From the NCBI GenBank assembly GCA_003193925.1, contig PSPG01000004.1, positions 51,720 through 115,719 of the forward strand: a stretch of 64,000 nt of DNA, read 5' to 3'. Shown here piece after piece: positions 1 to 10,005 of the stretch. A program made the position numbers and the translations under genes. Within the stretch, counting starts at the first letter, position 1. Each line of letters opens with the position of its first letter. The DNA comes from Candidatus Thalassarchaeum betae. Lineage in GTDB: Archaea > Thermoplasmatota > Poseidoniia > Poseidoniales > Thalassarchaeaceae. The notes beneath the pieces were generated by a model that worked only from the letters and a program-made list of their open reading frames with translations, did no database searches and had not been told where the DNA came from.

Positions 1-204
1 AACAAGTTTCTCGGCGATCAAACCTGGAAGCTCGAAGTCATCAGGTTCTCCGCTGATAAGATGGGTTTCACGGAGAACAGGATCTCTGATTACTTCGATA
101 ACGAAGTGAGAAATTCATTAGACGGAGACGCAGTCATGGGACTGGAGTTGTTTCTCTCTGAAGTATGCGGTATGGAAAAAAAGCCATCTTGGGTCGAGCT
201 CTGA
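1..204 (+). CDS. Partial CDS, C-terminal 67 codons of a protein that starts upstream of the window (…DGDAVMGLELFLSEVCGMEKKPSWVEL*)
   Basis: Frame 1 is open from base 1 to a TGA at 202-204. Composition is protein-like and it is convergent with the MqnD-like gene. It is not in the ORF track because it is truncated. Confidence 0.3.
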   Translation, partial: NKFLGDQTWKLEVIRFSADKMGFTENRISDYFDNEVRNSLDGDAVMGLELFLSEVCGMEKKPSWVEL

Positions 205-1065
205 TTACCCCTTTGAACCTATGAATCTCAGAGTTTCGACATCCATATCTCCTCGCACTAATCCTATCCTCTGGCCCTCCGACAGGAACAGGCGTATCCC
301 CTCCCGCCCGTCCGCACCGTAATCGATAGTCCTCTGATTGACGTACATGCCGACGAATTCCCTGTTGGTATCGTCGTCTATTCCGCGACCCCATGCCTTA
401 GAGAATTCTAGTGCAGCGTCTGGATCTTCCAGTGAATGCATGATGCTCTCTCTGACATCAGAGGTCAGTTGAACGCACAATTCTTCCCCCAGATCCTTCC
501 GGACCACATTCCCCCCCAGGGGCAGAGGAAGGCCCGTAGTCTCGTTCCACCAAACTCCTAGATCCAGCACCAGATGGACACCGTCTTTAGCCCAAGTCAG
601 TTGCCTCTCGTGAATGATCAATCCGACCTCATACTCGCCTTTCAACACCCGGGGTAGTATCTCATCAAAGGGGACGACCTTGACTCTAACATCGCCCCAG
701 GCCAACCTCAAAGCTAGGTATGCACTGGTACCCAATCCGGGAATTGCGATTTTCTTCCGCTTTGCCTCGTCCTCATTAAGCACGGTCTTTGAGATCAGAA
801 TAGGACCATATCCCTCTCCCATCGAAGCACCACAGTTCATGAGGTGATATCGATCTGAAATTCTGGGGAATGAATGTATGCTGACCGCGGAAATTTCGTA
901 CCTGCCCTCAAGTGCATGTCGATTCAGTGTCTCGATATCCAGAAGCACGTGCTCGTAACTCCTTCCGGGTGTCTCGAGCGAGCCTGAGGTCAAAGCGTGG
1001 AACATGAATGCATCATCGGGATCAGGAGAGTGCCCAACGCGAATTCTCCTGCTCTCGTCCTGCAC
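205..1065 (-). CDS. Menaquinone (futalosine pathway) biosynthesis protein, MqnA/MqnD family (1,4-dihydroxy-6-naphthoate synthase-like)
   Basis: 286-aa ORF. The N-terminal 'RVGHSPDPDDAFMFHAL' resembles the MqnD signature SPCPNDTFxFxAL, and the length fits family PF02621. A matching MqnC/E radical SAM gene lies at 53172..54359. Confidence 0.6.
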   Translation of the reverse strand: MQDESRRIRVGHSPDPDDAFMFHALTSGSLETPGRSYEHVLLDIETLNRHALEGRYEISAVSIHSFPRISDRYHLMNCGASMGEGYGPILISKTVLNEDEAKRKKIAIPGLGTSAYLALRLAWGDVRVKVVPFDEILPRVLKGEYEVGLIIHERQLTWAKDGVHLVLDLGVWWNETTGLPLPLGGNVVRKDLGEELCVQLTSDVRESIMHSLEDPDAALEFSKAWGRGIDDDTNREFVGMYVNQRTIDYGADGREGIRLFLSEGQRIGLVRGDMDVETLRFIGSKG

Positions 1066-1389
1066 GCGTCAGCGAACGGAGATCAGTTGAAAACGGCTCC
1101 GAGAGGGAATCCACAGTTAGGCAACAGTCAATAGATACCAGTTCTCGCATTCGTCCATGCCAGATGCCTCAAAACTATCTACAGCTACAGGTCAATTGGG
1201 GCCGGTTTGCGCATTTACTGGAAAAGCACTCACATTCGCGGAGGCTATAGTGCTCGATAACCAATTCGTATGCTGGGAGGCCTATATCGAACTGACTGGA
1301 GCGAAACCGGCCACAGAAGGCAGGGAAATCGTGCAACTCGACCTCGATTGACTCCACATGTTCATTTGCCGTGCCATAATCGGGTATGT

Positions 1390-2601
1390 ATGGTCGAGGG
1401 TTGGAGCCGTTTCGCACTCCGTTTCGCTGAATATTACCAATCCCTTGCGGTTGAAGACCTGTGGGGGCCTCCCCGGTTCCGTTCTCGTGAATGGATGTTC
1501 ATCCCATGGGGCAGCAGGCCACCGGACAGACATCGCGGATTTTCCGACAAGAGGGAGTTGTTGCGCTACCTTCATCAGAAAGCCCCCCATTCTTGCTTCC
1601 ACAGTACAGCATATTACAACGACCCCTCTGATAGGAATATGGCTGACAAGGGTTGGCTGGGAGCCGACCTGATATTCGATTTGGATGGAGATCACCTTCC
1701 GGGCGTATCTGACAGCGACTTTCCACAAATGATCGACTTGGTGCAAGAGCAGGCTTGGCGGTTGTGGTCGGAATTCTTAGAACCTGAATTTGGATTCAGC
1801 GAGGATCACGCGCAGTTCACATTCTCCGGCCACAGAGGGTTCCACATTCATGTGCGCGAGCCGAAATATCTTCAATTGGACTCCAATGCCAGGAGGCAGT
1901 TGGTCAACTACATCAGAGGGCAAGGAGTTAACGTCCAAGATGTGATGTCCGGTAGCGAATCGGGGTGGAAGTCTAGAGTGGAGTCAGGAATCGAAGGCGT
2001 GCTTCTCAAACTTCGAGCTATATCAGATGACTCTCCCGAGAAGTCCAAGCTGCTTACCGAGCAACATGAGATAATGTCCCAGAGGATACGCCACCCCGAT
2101 TGCTCGGTGAAATCATGCAGTAAGACCAAGCTCCGAGAGTTGGCTGAACAGGCTCAGGATGAGGACAGGATACAGCGTCTGAGGAATGATTTCAGCCTCA
2201 GGGTCTTCCCAGGCAACAACACGGCGATTTTTTGGGAATTAGTCAAAGGCGACTCTTCTGTCGTACTAGGGAATGCTGGTGAGACCGATGAGAATGTCAC
2301 AGTTGATATCAAGAGAGTCATCAGATGGATGGGAAGCCTTCATGGCAAGAGTGGTCTGCGCGTCACTGAAATACCGTTAAACAGACTCGATCCAGATGCC
2401 TCAGATGCCTTTGATCCACTCCGTGAGGCTGTGGTTTTCCGCGGCAACGGTTCCATGAAGGTAGAATTAACGATGGATGATGTCACCGCACGTATCTCGG
2501 ATACAGAGGTAGAAGGCGGCACCGGGGATATTTTCGTTGTACCAGAGTCCATGGCCACGTTCCTCTCGTTAAAGGGCTGGGGCAGAGTGCTAAGCACCTG
2601 A
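1390..2601 (+). CDS. priS: DNA primase small (catalytic) subunit PriS
   Basis: 'SREWMFIPWG…RHRGFS…RELLRYL' matches the PriS N-terminal REF(A/G)F motif. 'ADLIFDLDGDH' is the catalytic DxD and 'FSGHRGFHIHV' matches the SGRRG(V/F)H motif. The ORF opens at 1270; I place the start at the ATG at 1390. Confidence 0.75.
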   Translation: MVEGWSRFALRFAEYYQSLAVEDLWGPPRFRSREWMFIPWGSRPPDRHRGFSDKRELLRYLHQKAPHSCFHSTAYYNDPSDRNMADKGWLGADLIFDLDGDHLPGVSDSDFPQMIDLVQEQAWRLWSEFLEPEFGFSEDHAQFTFSGHRGFHIHVREPKYLQLDSNARRQLVNYIRGQGVNVQDVMSGSESGWKSRVESGIEGVLLKLRAISDDSPEKSKLLTEQHEIMSQRIRHPDCSVKSCSKTKLRELAEQAQDEDRIQRLRNDFSLRVFPGNNTAIFWELVKGDSSVVLGNAGETDENVTVDIKRVIRWMGSLHGKSGLRVTEIPLNRLDPDASDAFDPLREAVVFRGNGSMKVELTMDDVTARISDTEVEGGTGDIFVVPESMATFLSLKGWGRVLST

Positions 2602-2635
2602 CTCCGATATCTTAGGCTCCCTCAATCACAGAATA

Positions 2636-3421
2636 TTGAATAGTGTAGAGGTTCGGAATCGTATTGTGGGGATTATGCCAGACGAAGAGGACAACGATCA
2701 GGACGTCGGTAATCTCCCCCTTCCTCCCCTCCCGCCTGGCATCACACTGCCCCCTCCTCCGCCGCCTCCGAGGATGGGACTTGGTGATGATTCGATAATT
2801 GATGAAGCCATGGACGAACTGCCATCAATACCGCTCCCAGACGATGAAGAAAGTACCCCCCCATCGGACTTCCAGACTCAATGGGAGAAGCGTAGAGCCG
2901 CCGACCCCTCCCTCGCTCTCGAGAACAACGATAGCATGTACGGCCACATCGATAGGATAGCTAAAGGAGAAATTGGAACGCTTCTCGACCGTTTCTCTGA
3001 CCGTTTTGGCTCAGAATTGGACAGGGAGATTATCGTTCTGAGAAAGAAGCAGCAGCAGGATGTTCGCTCAGTGAAACCCCATGTTGAACTGATTCACCCT
3101 CCTGCTGGATCCGAAGATTTGATTTCGCAGGATGACACAGAGTCTGAAACAGACGAATTCTCAGAATTCTTCGATGTCGTGAATAACCTGCTGGGCGATA
3201 TGCCGGAGGACTTCATAGATTCCTTCGTCCAGTCCGATTCATTCGCTCTCTTCCAGTCTGTCGGTGCCGACCCTTCCGCTACCGACGAAGATGCTCGCAG
3301 GGAGTTCTTTCTCATGATAAACGCCGAACTTGGCGATTTGCCAGAGGATAAGATAAACGAGTTCGTGGAGTCCCCCGGCTTCAAATTATTCACCAGAATG
3401 GGTGAAATGTACGGAGAGTGA
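2636..3421 (+). CDS. Hypothetical acidic protein with an N-terminal poly-Pro tract and a tandem ~45-aa C-terminal repeat
   Basis: 261-aa ORF. 'LPPPPPPPR' sits near the N-terminus. 'GDMPEDFIDSFVQSDSFALFQSVG' and 'GDLPEDKINEFVESPGFKLFTRMG' form a clear internal duplication. No family recognised. Confidence 0.45.
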   Translation: MNSVEVRNRIVGIMPDEEDNDQDVGNLPLPPLPPGITLPPPPPPPRMGLGDDSIIDEAMDELPSIPLPDDEESTPPSDFQTQWEKRRAADPSLALENNDSMYGHIDRIAKGEIGTLLDRFSDRFGSELDREIIVLRKKQQQDVRSVKPHVELIHPPAGSEDLISQDDTESETDEFSEFFDVVNNLLGDMPEDFIDSFVQSDSFALFQSVGADPSATDEDARREFFLMINAELGDLPEDKINEFVESPGFKLFTRMGEMYGE

Positions 3422-4220
3422 ATGCGTGGGACTACTCGAGAAGGCAGGCAAGATTCAGAGTGAGGATGAGGCAGTTCCTGCTGCCGAGGACGACGCTCCA
3501 GCCACTGTGGTCCTACCGGATCCCAAACCCGTCAAAGAGAAGTCTGCTAAGAAGTCCAGGTTGCGCAGGGAGAAGAAGCCGAAGAAAGCGACGAAGGAGA
3601 AGAAGGTCCGAACGCCTAGAGTCATGCCCGATGGTTTCGATGCGGCCACTAGAGGTCAAGCAGTTCTCCGTCGATTCGTCGATTTCCTAGTCAGCTATGG
3701 ATGGTCAGTCCCCTTGATTGCGATAACGGCATGGGGATCATATTTCAATCCGACACCGATCGTCATTCTTGGTCTCGCACTAATGTTCCTCAATCTAGTG
3801 GTTGTGCCCAGAAACAGCGGTAGGACCATTGGGAATTGGGTCAGCCGAACCAGTTACGTCAATACTCGCGGAAACTCTCCTTTCTATGCCTATCCCGCGC
3901 TGAAGGGCCTGACTTTCATCTTCGTGATGCTAGGCCTTTTCACCGTTTTCTCTTTCACTTCGCAAGGTATGCCGGAGTCGGATCTCGGGAAGGTCGGTAC
4001 CATCGGTGGAATGCTGGTTCTCTTACCACCACTAGTCGATTGGCTGATGAATAGATTTGGCTCTTCGGATCAAGGTCTGTGGGAAACCCTGTTTGGAGGG
4101 GTCTGGCTCGTTCGAACTACCAAATCTGACGATGCCAAAGGTTTCTGGAAGCGCCTCGAATCCATCGCCGACTACACTGAATCGAAGGGTTTACTCGAGG
4201 ACGAATCGGGCACTGAATGA
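3402..4220 (+). CDS. Membrane protein, RDD-family-like, with a Lys-rich cytoplasmic N-terminus
   Basis: 272-aa ORF. A K/R-rich region (KEKSAKKSRLRREKKPKK) is followed by several predicted TM helices and a 'GRTIGNWVSR' motif resembling the RDD family G.T.GK…G.R. It overlaps the upstream ORF by 20 nt, so the start is uncertain. Confidence 0.5.
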   Translation: MKCTESECVGLLEKAGKIQSEDEAVPAAEDDAPATVVLPDPKPVKEKSAKKSRLRREKKPKKATKEKKVRTPRVMPDGFDAATRGQAVLRRFVDFLVSYGWSVPLIAITAWGSYFNPTPIVILGLALMFLNLVVVPRNSGRTIGNWVSRTSYVNTRGNSPFYAYPALKGLTFIFVMLGLFTVFSFTSQGMPESDLGKVGTIGGMLVLLPPLVDWLMNRFGSSDQGLWETLFGGVWLVRTTKSDDAKGFWKRLESIADYTESKGLLEDESGTE

Positions 4221-5279
4221 TTACTCTGACTCAGAATCCTCATACCGCTGCTTGGCTAACGCCCTCATGTCCTCGTGGTGGAACCCGTTATCAATCGCCT
4301 CTTGATCAGATTCGTCTACAATCTCCACTCCCAGCAGCGTTTCTATAACGTCCTCCATAGTAATCAATCCAACGGTTCCTCCAAAGTCGTCGTTGACGAT
4401 GAGTAACTGTACCTTATTCTCTAACAGCACATCCAGGGCCTTATCCACCGAGTCATCGTGCCTGCAATGAAAGACCTGACGAGAAATGCTCTCCATAGAA
4501 CTGGAGTGGTCATCGACGGCAGCTCTACGAAGAATCTCGTTTCGGAGAACCATTCCTCGCACGTCATCGATGCTTTCCCCGATTAGGGGCATGCGTCCAT
4601 AGATCATTATTGGCATCCTCTCTAACACATCAGAGACGCTCTCCTGCTGGGAGACGGTCGTCATGACGACCCTAGGGGTCATTACGTCACTGACCATAAT
4701 CTCACGAAGACGCAGCAAGTTCTGTATGACGGTCTCTTCATCTTCGTCTATCACGTGAGTCTCCTCAGCTATATCAGCAAGAACAGCCAATTCGGTTCTG
4801 GTCATGGTCTCGCTCTGGGCGGCGGGCAACAATGAGCGGAGAATTTCGATCGGCCGGACAATGGGCCAAAGTGCGATTATCAATATTCGGAGCACCGTAG
4901 CCGATGGCACCGTGAGTCTCCTCCAATACAACGCGCCGATGGTTTTAGGCAGGATCTCACTTAACAGTAGAATCGCGATAGTCAGTATCGCTGAGGCTAC
5001 AGCCACACTGTATTCTGGGTACACTTTCTGAACTTCGTATCCGACACCGAGTGCTCCGACGGTATGGGCCGTGGTGTTCAGAGTAAGTATGGCCGTGAGA
5101 GGGCGCTCGGGATCATCCTTGTAGCTAATCCATAATTCGCTGATTTTCGTATGGGTATCTTCCAGAGCCAAAATGTGGCTCCGCGTAGTAGACAAAAGGA
5201 CTGCTTCCAATATACTACAGAGGAACGAGGCTCCCAATGCAAGCACTACATAGGAGATTATCAGCGTAAAGTCACCCAA
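4221..5279 (-). CDS. CNNM/CorC/HlyC-family divalent-cation transporter (DUF21 membrane domain, CBS pair, CorC_HlyC domain)
   Basis: 352 aa. The N-terminal TM region (DUF21-like), a central CBS-pair region and the C-terminal transporter-associated domain are the typical architecture. Confidence 0.8.
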   Translation of the reverse strand: MGDFTLIISYVVLALGASFLCSILEAVLLSTTRSHILALEDTHTKISELWISYKDDPERPLTAILTLNTTAHTVGALGVGYEVQKVYPEYSVAVASAILTIAILLLSEILPKTIGALYWRRLTVPSATVLRILIIALWPIVRPIEILRSLLPAAQSETMTRTELAVLADIAEETHVIDEDEETVIQNLLRLREIMVSDVMTPRVVMTTVSQQESVSDVLERMPIMIYGRMPLIGESIDDVRGMVLRNEILRRAAVDDHSSSMESISRQVFHCRHDDSVDKALDVLLENKVQLLIVNDDFGGTVGLITMEDVIETLLGVEIVDESDQEAIDNGFHHEDMRALAKQRYEDSESE

Positions 5280-5375
5280 TTCTATTGCCTCTTAGAGTCC
5301 ATCGAGTAGATTTGGACGATAACCACCGGCATACACATTGTGCGGCTCCGATGGCGGGGCGGGGCGATGATGACA

Positions 5376-5383
5376 TAAATATG
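5376..5383 (+). promoter_or_regulatory. TATA-box-like element (ATAAATAT) upstream of metG
   Basis: An AT-rich octamer about 32-39 nt upstream of the MetRS ATG in an otherwise GC-rich intergenic region. This spacing fits an archaeal promoter with a short or leaderless 5' UTR. Confidence 0.35.
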
Positions 5384-5414
5384 TGGCTCTGCGACATCCA
5401 ACTAGACCCAGTGG

Positions 5415-7634
5415 GTGTCAACCGTGGACTATGTAGCGATATTTATGGCATGGCCATATGCTAACGGCCCCCTTCATCTGGGTCATGTTGCTGGAAACTG
5501 CCTCCCAGCAGACATCCAATTCAGGTACGAACGAGCCAGAGGGCGGCGGGTACTAATGTGCAGTGGCTCGGATGAGCATGGCACCCCTATCACCCTGACA
5601 GCCGAGGAGGAGGGCACGGAACCTCAGGACATAGTCGATCATTTCCACCAAATCAACAAGAAGGCCCTCATTGACATGGGTTGCTCGTGGGTCATGGATG
5701 TAGATCCCCGTGGTCCTGAGTACGGAGGGGCCCTGTACAACAGGACCTCGGATCCTCGACACAAGGAGCTGGTTAGAGATCTATTCACCTTAATGTTGGA
5801 AGCGAAGATGCTTGAGAGGAAAACGATGCAACAGTATTGCTCGGTCTCCAAGGACGGCTCAATTCGCTTCCTACCAGACAGGTACGTCGAGGGAGATTGT
5901 CCTGTCTGCTCCTTCTCCGGTGCGAGAGGCGACCAATGCGATGACTGTGGAGCGACATACGAAACTCACGAACTCATGAATCCCATCTCCAAACTCGATG
6001 CAGATGCTAATATTGAAGTTCGTAATACAGACCACCTTTTCTTCAGACTCGATTTGTTCCAGGATTCACTGAATTCGCATTACTTGGAACGAAAGGAGGT
6101 CTGGAAGCCCAATGTCCGCTCTATGACCAAGAACTGGCTAGACATGGGTCTCAGGCCCCGTGCGGTAACCCGAGACATCGATTGGGGGATTGAACTTCCT
6201 CTGTCAGGATCTGAATGGGATTCCAAAAGGGTCTACGTCTGGTTCGAAGCCGTTCAGGGGTATTACACATGCGCGCGCATCTGGGCAGAAAGGTTCGCTG
6301 ATGAGGCAGGCCATCCAGATGGAGTAGACGCATGGAGGAATTGGTGGACCGTCTCCGAGGATGGTTACGTACCCAAGCACCTGTACTTCATGGGAAAGGA
6401 CAACATCCCGTTCCACACTATCATATGGCCTGCCATACTGATGGGGATTAACTCTGCCCAGTCCGGCAACCCAGTCTCCCACACCCCTTTGCCCAATGAT
6501 TTGGTCTTGGAAGCCAATGTCCCGGCCAATGAGTATCTGATGTTGCAAGGCGGCCAATTCAGCAAGAGCAGGAAGCATGCTGTCTGGTTGCCGTCTTTCC
6601 TAGAGAGGTTCGACCCCGACACTTTGCGATATTACCTATCGATCAACATGCCCGAGGGACATGACACTGATTTCAGATGGGACGAATTCGTGGATCGTGT
6701 CAACAATGAACTCATTGGTACCTACGCCAACTTCGTACATCGGGTGATGACTCTATCCCACAGGCTATCCAATGATGGTTCGAACCCACTCTCTGACTTC
6801 GATTCACCCGACGAACATACAGAAGCACAGTCAATCATCTCCAGACACCTCGAGGATGCCATCCAATCGATGGAACGCCAGAGGTTCAAAGAAGCACTAC
6901 GCAGCATCATGAACATCGCTCAATTAGGCAATTCAATACTACAAGAAGCCGCTCCTTGGAAGCACTTGGATGGTGATGATACCCCGGAGACGCGGAAATC
7001 GCTTTCCTCTCTGGCATTCACTTGGAGAATGTGTCGTGGTCTCGCAGTCACACTGCGCCCCTTCATTCCCTACCAATCAGATAGACTGTGGGCGATGCTA
7101 AATGAACCATCAGACATCGATAGCATCCTATGGGATGATGCCTTTTCCTATGATTCTCGCCTCGAGTGGAATGTTGATGAACCCGCACCCCTCTTCGAGA
7201 AGTTAGATCTCGAGGAGATCATTTCCACTGAACAATCATTGGCAGAAATGGAGTCGGACAGCAAGGTCAATGACGTAAGCCGCCCCCACAATCAACCAGA
7301 GAGTGATTACATCGAGTTCGAAGACTTCCTCAAGGTCGAGATGAAGACAGGTAAGATTGTCTCAGTTGAAGACCACCCTGATGCCGATACTCTCTATGTG
7401 ATTATTATCGAAGACGGACCTGATTCGACTAGGACGCTATGTGCCGGATTGAAGGGGATCTACGAGCCCTCGGAACTTGAGGGATTGAATGTCGTGTACG
7501 TAGCTAATCTGAAGCCCCGAAAACTCAGGGGGGTGCTCTCTGAGGGAATGCTTCTGGCCGCAGATGATGGTAAAGGCGGGGTTTCCGTCCTGACATTGGA
7601 CGGTGACATGCCACCCGGATCAGTCGTCCGTTGA
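5415..7634 (+). CDS. metG: Methionyl-tRNA synthetase with a C-terminal tRNA-binding (EMAP/Trbp111-like) domain
   Basis: 739 aa. The class I 'PYANGPLHLGH' (HIGH) motif, CxxC…CxxC zinc knuckles, a 'KMSKS'-type region and a C-terminal OB-fold tRNA-binding domain (…GKIVSVEDHPDADTLYV…) are present. The start may be the ATG at 5445. Confidence 0.9.
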   Translation: MSTVDYVAIFMAWPYANGPLHLGHVAGNCLPADIQFRYERARGRRVLMCSGSDEHGTPITLTAEEEGTEPQDIVDHFHQINKKALIDMGCSWVMDVDPRGPEYGGALYNRTSDPRHKELVRDLFTLMLEAKMLERKTMQQYCSVSKDGSIRFLPDRYVEGDCPVCSFSGARGDQCDDCGATYETHELMNPISKLDADANIEVRNTDHLFFRLDLFQDSLNSHYLERKEVWKPNVRSMTKNWLDMGLRPRAVTRDIDWGIELPLSGSEWDSKRVYVWFEAVQGYYTCARIWAERFADEAGHPDGVDAWRNWWTVSEDGYVPKHLYFMGKDNIPFHTIIWPAILMGINSAQSGNPVSHTPLPNDLVLEANVPANEYLMLQGGQFSKSRKHAVWLPSFLERFDPDTLRYYLSINMPEGHDTDFRWDEFVDRVNNELIGTYANFVHRVMTLSHRLSNDGSNPLSDFDSPDEHTEAQSIISRHLEDAIQSMERQRFKEALRSIMNIAQLGNSILQEAAPWKHLDGDDTPETRKSLSSLAFTWRMCRGLAVTLRPFIPYQSDRLWAMLNEPSDIDSILWDDAFSYDSRLEWNVDEPAPLFEKLDLEEIISTEQSLAEMESDSKVNDVSRPHNQPESDYIEFEDFLKVEMKTGKIVSVEDHPDADTLYVIIIEDGPDSTRTLCAGLKGIYEPSELEGLNVVYVANLKPRKLRGVLSEGMLLAADDGKGGVSVLTLDGDMPPGSVVR

Positions 7635-8192
7635 ATCGGGCATGTCGAAGAATTCCCATTGTATCTGGGACAATTCTGAATTTGTCTGTGCTAGGCTGTA
7701 TGCTTTGAGTGGTTCGTGATTCAGACTGAGAAACTGATTTCCAAAACCGAATGGTCGAATTATGGATCTAGCTTGCTCCCATCGACCAAGTAGAATTAGC
7801 GATACGCATAGCGCTTCTGCTGTGGATAGCCTACCCGGCTTGCCCCATGACACTGGATTAGCAGCGAGCACTATCGGCAGAGTCCGATGGTTCAGGCTGG
7901 TAATCCAGGAAATCTCGCTAAGTGATTCATTGAGTTGCTTCCAAGAGCAGTCAAGTGCCACTATTGCCGCACCGCGCTCCATTAGCGCTCTATCATCAGG
8001 ACCTAGTAGGACCCCCGAATTGGGATTCAATAGAACCCCCCGCTTGGGGGAGTATTTGGCATCGTAGTGTAAAATGGCGTGCCCTCTACGTTCCAGTGCC
8101 CTTGCCGTACACTTCCTAGCATCGTCCTGATTGAGATGTATGACATGCAAGGGAACGTCAATCATCGGAGCCCTCCCCAGATAGAAATTCAT
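7620..8192 (-). CDS. Tsr3-family rRNA aminocarboxypropyltransferase (DUF367/DTW-like ribosome biogenesis protein)
   Basis: 'HVIHLNQDDARKCTARAL…' and 'RLSTAEALCVSLILLG' match the archaeal Tsr3 signature (h.h..DDPKKCTG.KL … KLSTVEALAAAL). Its 3' end overlaps metG by 15 nt, convergently. Confidence 0.6.
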   Translation of the reverse strand: MNFYLGRAPMIDVPLHVIHLNQDDARKCTARALERRGHAILHYDAKYSPKRGVLLNPNSGVLLGPDDRALMERGAAIVALDCSWKQLNESLSEISWITSLNHRTLPIVLAANPVSWGKPGRLSTAEALCVSLILLGRWEQARSIIRPFGFGNQFLSLNHEPLKAYSLAQTNSELSQIQWEFFDMPDSTDD

Positions 8193-8688
8193 CTAGGGCA
8201 TCAGCGATTGTGACATTTCTACTCGGTCCACGGCTTACAGCAGTATCGTACTTACCCCTTGGTTTACCGAATAATTCTATGTCCAGCATCTTCTCTATCT
8301 TGGTGAGTAGAGCATCGGTTGGCCTAGAGCCGTTCTCGACTTTCTGCACAGCATTGAGTCTCTCGTTCATGTGCATTGCGAATTGCTTCTGATCCCAACC
8401 TCTTGAATCTCGAGCTTCGCGGATTCGGACATGGAAATCCGGCATCAGTTCCTTCGACTCACTACGCATTATGTCACCTCGTGTCGGAGGCCTCCTAGGG
8501 GTACTGGTCCACCCCCCTCCTGTAGGAGTGACTCGACTCTTTTTGTAAGGGGATTCATACAAGGAGAGATCCATACGCTCTATGCATCTGTTGCATGCAT
8601 CAACATTGACCTTGGAGACTATGGCTTGACGCGTCGAAACGTTGTCGGTACCGCATAACTCGCAGGTGCCCATGGCAACCGATTCCAC
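8158..8688 (-). CDS. Archaeal MBF1-type regulator (N-terminal C4 zinc ribbon, C-terminal XRE-family HTH)
   Basis: The N-terminal 'CELCG…CNRC' zinc ribbon and the C-terminal HTH_3-like helix 'DQKQFAMHMNERLNAVQKVENGSRPTDALLTKIEKML' give the architecture of aMBF1. Confidence 0.6.
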   Translation of the reverse strand: MESVAMGTCELCGTDNVSTRQAIVSKVNVDACNRCIERMDLSLYESPYKKSRVTPTGGGWTSTPRRPPTRGDIMRSESKELMPDFHVRIREARDSRGWDQKQFAMHMNERLNAVQKVENGSRPTDALLTKIEKMLDIELFGKPRGKYDTAVSRGPSRNVTIADALDEFLSGEGSDD

Positions 8689-8746
8689 TCATACGAATTG
8701 ATTCTTCCGTGGGAACCGTCAAAAGCAGGCATCGACAGTTAATGTC

Positions 8747-9985
8747 GTGGCGAGCGAAGTGGATGCTCCTCCATTGGACAAGGAAAATACGAAAATCCCC
8801 TCATACCAGAGCCCGAAAAGATCCATCGACAAACTTCAAGTTGAGATGAAAGAGCTTTCCGAGAAGGCTCAGCAATTGCTCACGGAGAAGCTCTTCCTTG
8901 AGAATGAATGCGCCCAGTTGAAAAAACGTGCCAATAGGCTTGATGAAGAACTCAGGAACCTCAGAACTCCCCCTTACGTAATCGGGTTCATCCAAGACAG
9001 AGTTGGGGACAATGCAGTTGTTAGAAACTCAAATGGAACTGTCTTCCTAGTAAGTGTGAATCGGCGCTTGGACGAGTCTTTGCTGATTCCCGGTGCCAGA
9101 GTCGCATTGAATCAGGACTCTCTGTCGATAATCGAAGTGCTGGATAATTCCTGGGATCCGTTAGTATCCGGAACTGAAATCATAGAAAAACCTTTGACGA
9201 CGTTTTCTGATATAGGAGGATTAGACGAACAGATCAAGCAAATCAGGCAGGCCATCGAGTTACCCTTTGAGAGACCCGAAGCCTTCAGGGAATTCGGCAT
9301 AGAACCCCCTAAGGGTGTTCTCATTACCGGACCGCCAGGGACCGGGAAGACCATGCTAGCCAAGGCTGTTGCAAATTCTACTGAAGCCACCTTCTTGGGA
9401 TTGGTAGGTTCCGAATTGGCCCAGAAGTACATCGGCGAGGGTGGACGCATGGTCAGGGAACTGTTTGACCTTGCACGCAAGCGTGCTCCTGCCATCATTT
9501 TCATAGACGAAATTGATGCTATAGGCTCCAAGAGGCTCGATATGGCTACTTCTGGTGACCGCGAGGTACAGAGGACTCTCATGCAATTACTGGCTGAGTT
9601 GGACGGTTTCGAAACTTTGGATGATGTGAAGGTTATTGCGGCGACGAATAGGCCCGAACTGCTCGATGTAGCCCTACTCAGACCCGGAAGATTCGATCGG
9701 ATCATCGATATCGAACTACCGAACTCCGAGGGCAGACAGCATATATTCGAGGTACATTGCAACAACGTGCCCCTAGACAAACAAGTGAACATCAGGAAGA
9801 TGGCAATCGCTACTGAGGGCTACAGTGGTGCAGAGATCAAATCTATTATAATTGAAGCAGGCATGAGTGCGATCGCCGATTACAGAAATCGGTGCTCGGC
9901 CAAGGATTTCTCTTCAGCACTGACAATCATGGACCGAAAGCGCAAGGACAGCCTGCACAATGGTCCTGATTCCCTATACAGCTGA
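8747..9985 (+). CDS. pan: Proteasome-activating nucleotidase (PAN), AAA+ ATPase
   Basis: 412 aa. An N-terminal coiled coil is followed by an OB domain and an AAA module with Walker A 'GPPGTGKT', Walker B 'IIFIDEIDA' and second region of homology. Confidence 0.9.
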   Translation: MASEVDAPPLDKENTKIPSYQSPKRSIDKLQVEMKELSEKAQQLLTEKLFLENECAQLKKRANRLDEELRNLRTPPYVIGFIQDRVGDNAVVRNSNGTVFLVSVNRRLDESLLIPGARVALNQDSLSIIEVLDNSWDPLVSGTEIIEKPLTTFSDIGGLDEQIKQIRQAIELPFERPEAFREFGIEPPKGVLITGPPGTGKTMLAKAVANSTEATFLGLVGSELAQKYIGEGGRMVRELFDLARKRAPAIIFIDEIDAIGSKRLDMATSGDREVQRTLMQLLAELDGFETLDDVKVIAATNRPELLDVALLRPGRFDRIIDIELPNSEGRQHIFEVHCNNVPLDKQVNIRKMAIATEGYSGAEIKSIIIEAGMSAIADYRNRCSAKDFSSALTIMDRKRKDSLHNGPDSLYS

Positions 9986-10005
9986 TTAGCAATCCTCATC
10001 ACTCC

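Noticed and set aside
9112-9792. 226-aa ORF antisense to the PAN gene
   Set aside because: It overlaps a strongly supported AAA-ATPase gene and is Ser-rich. This is the typical antisense shadow of a GC-rich coding region.
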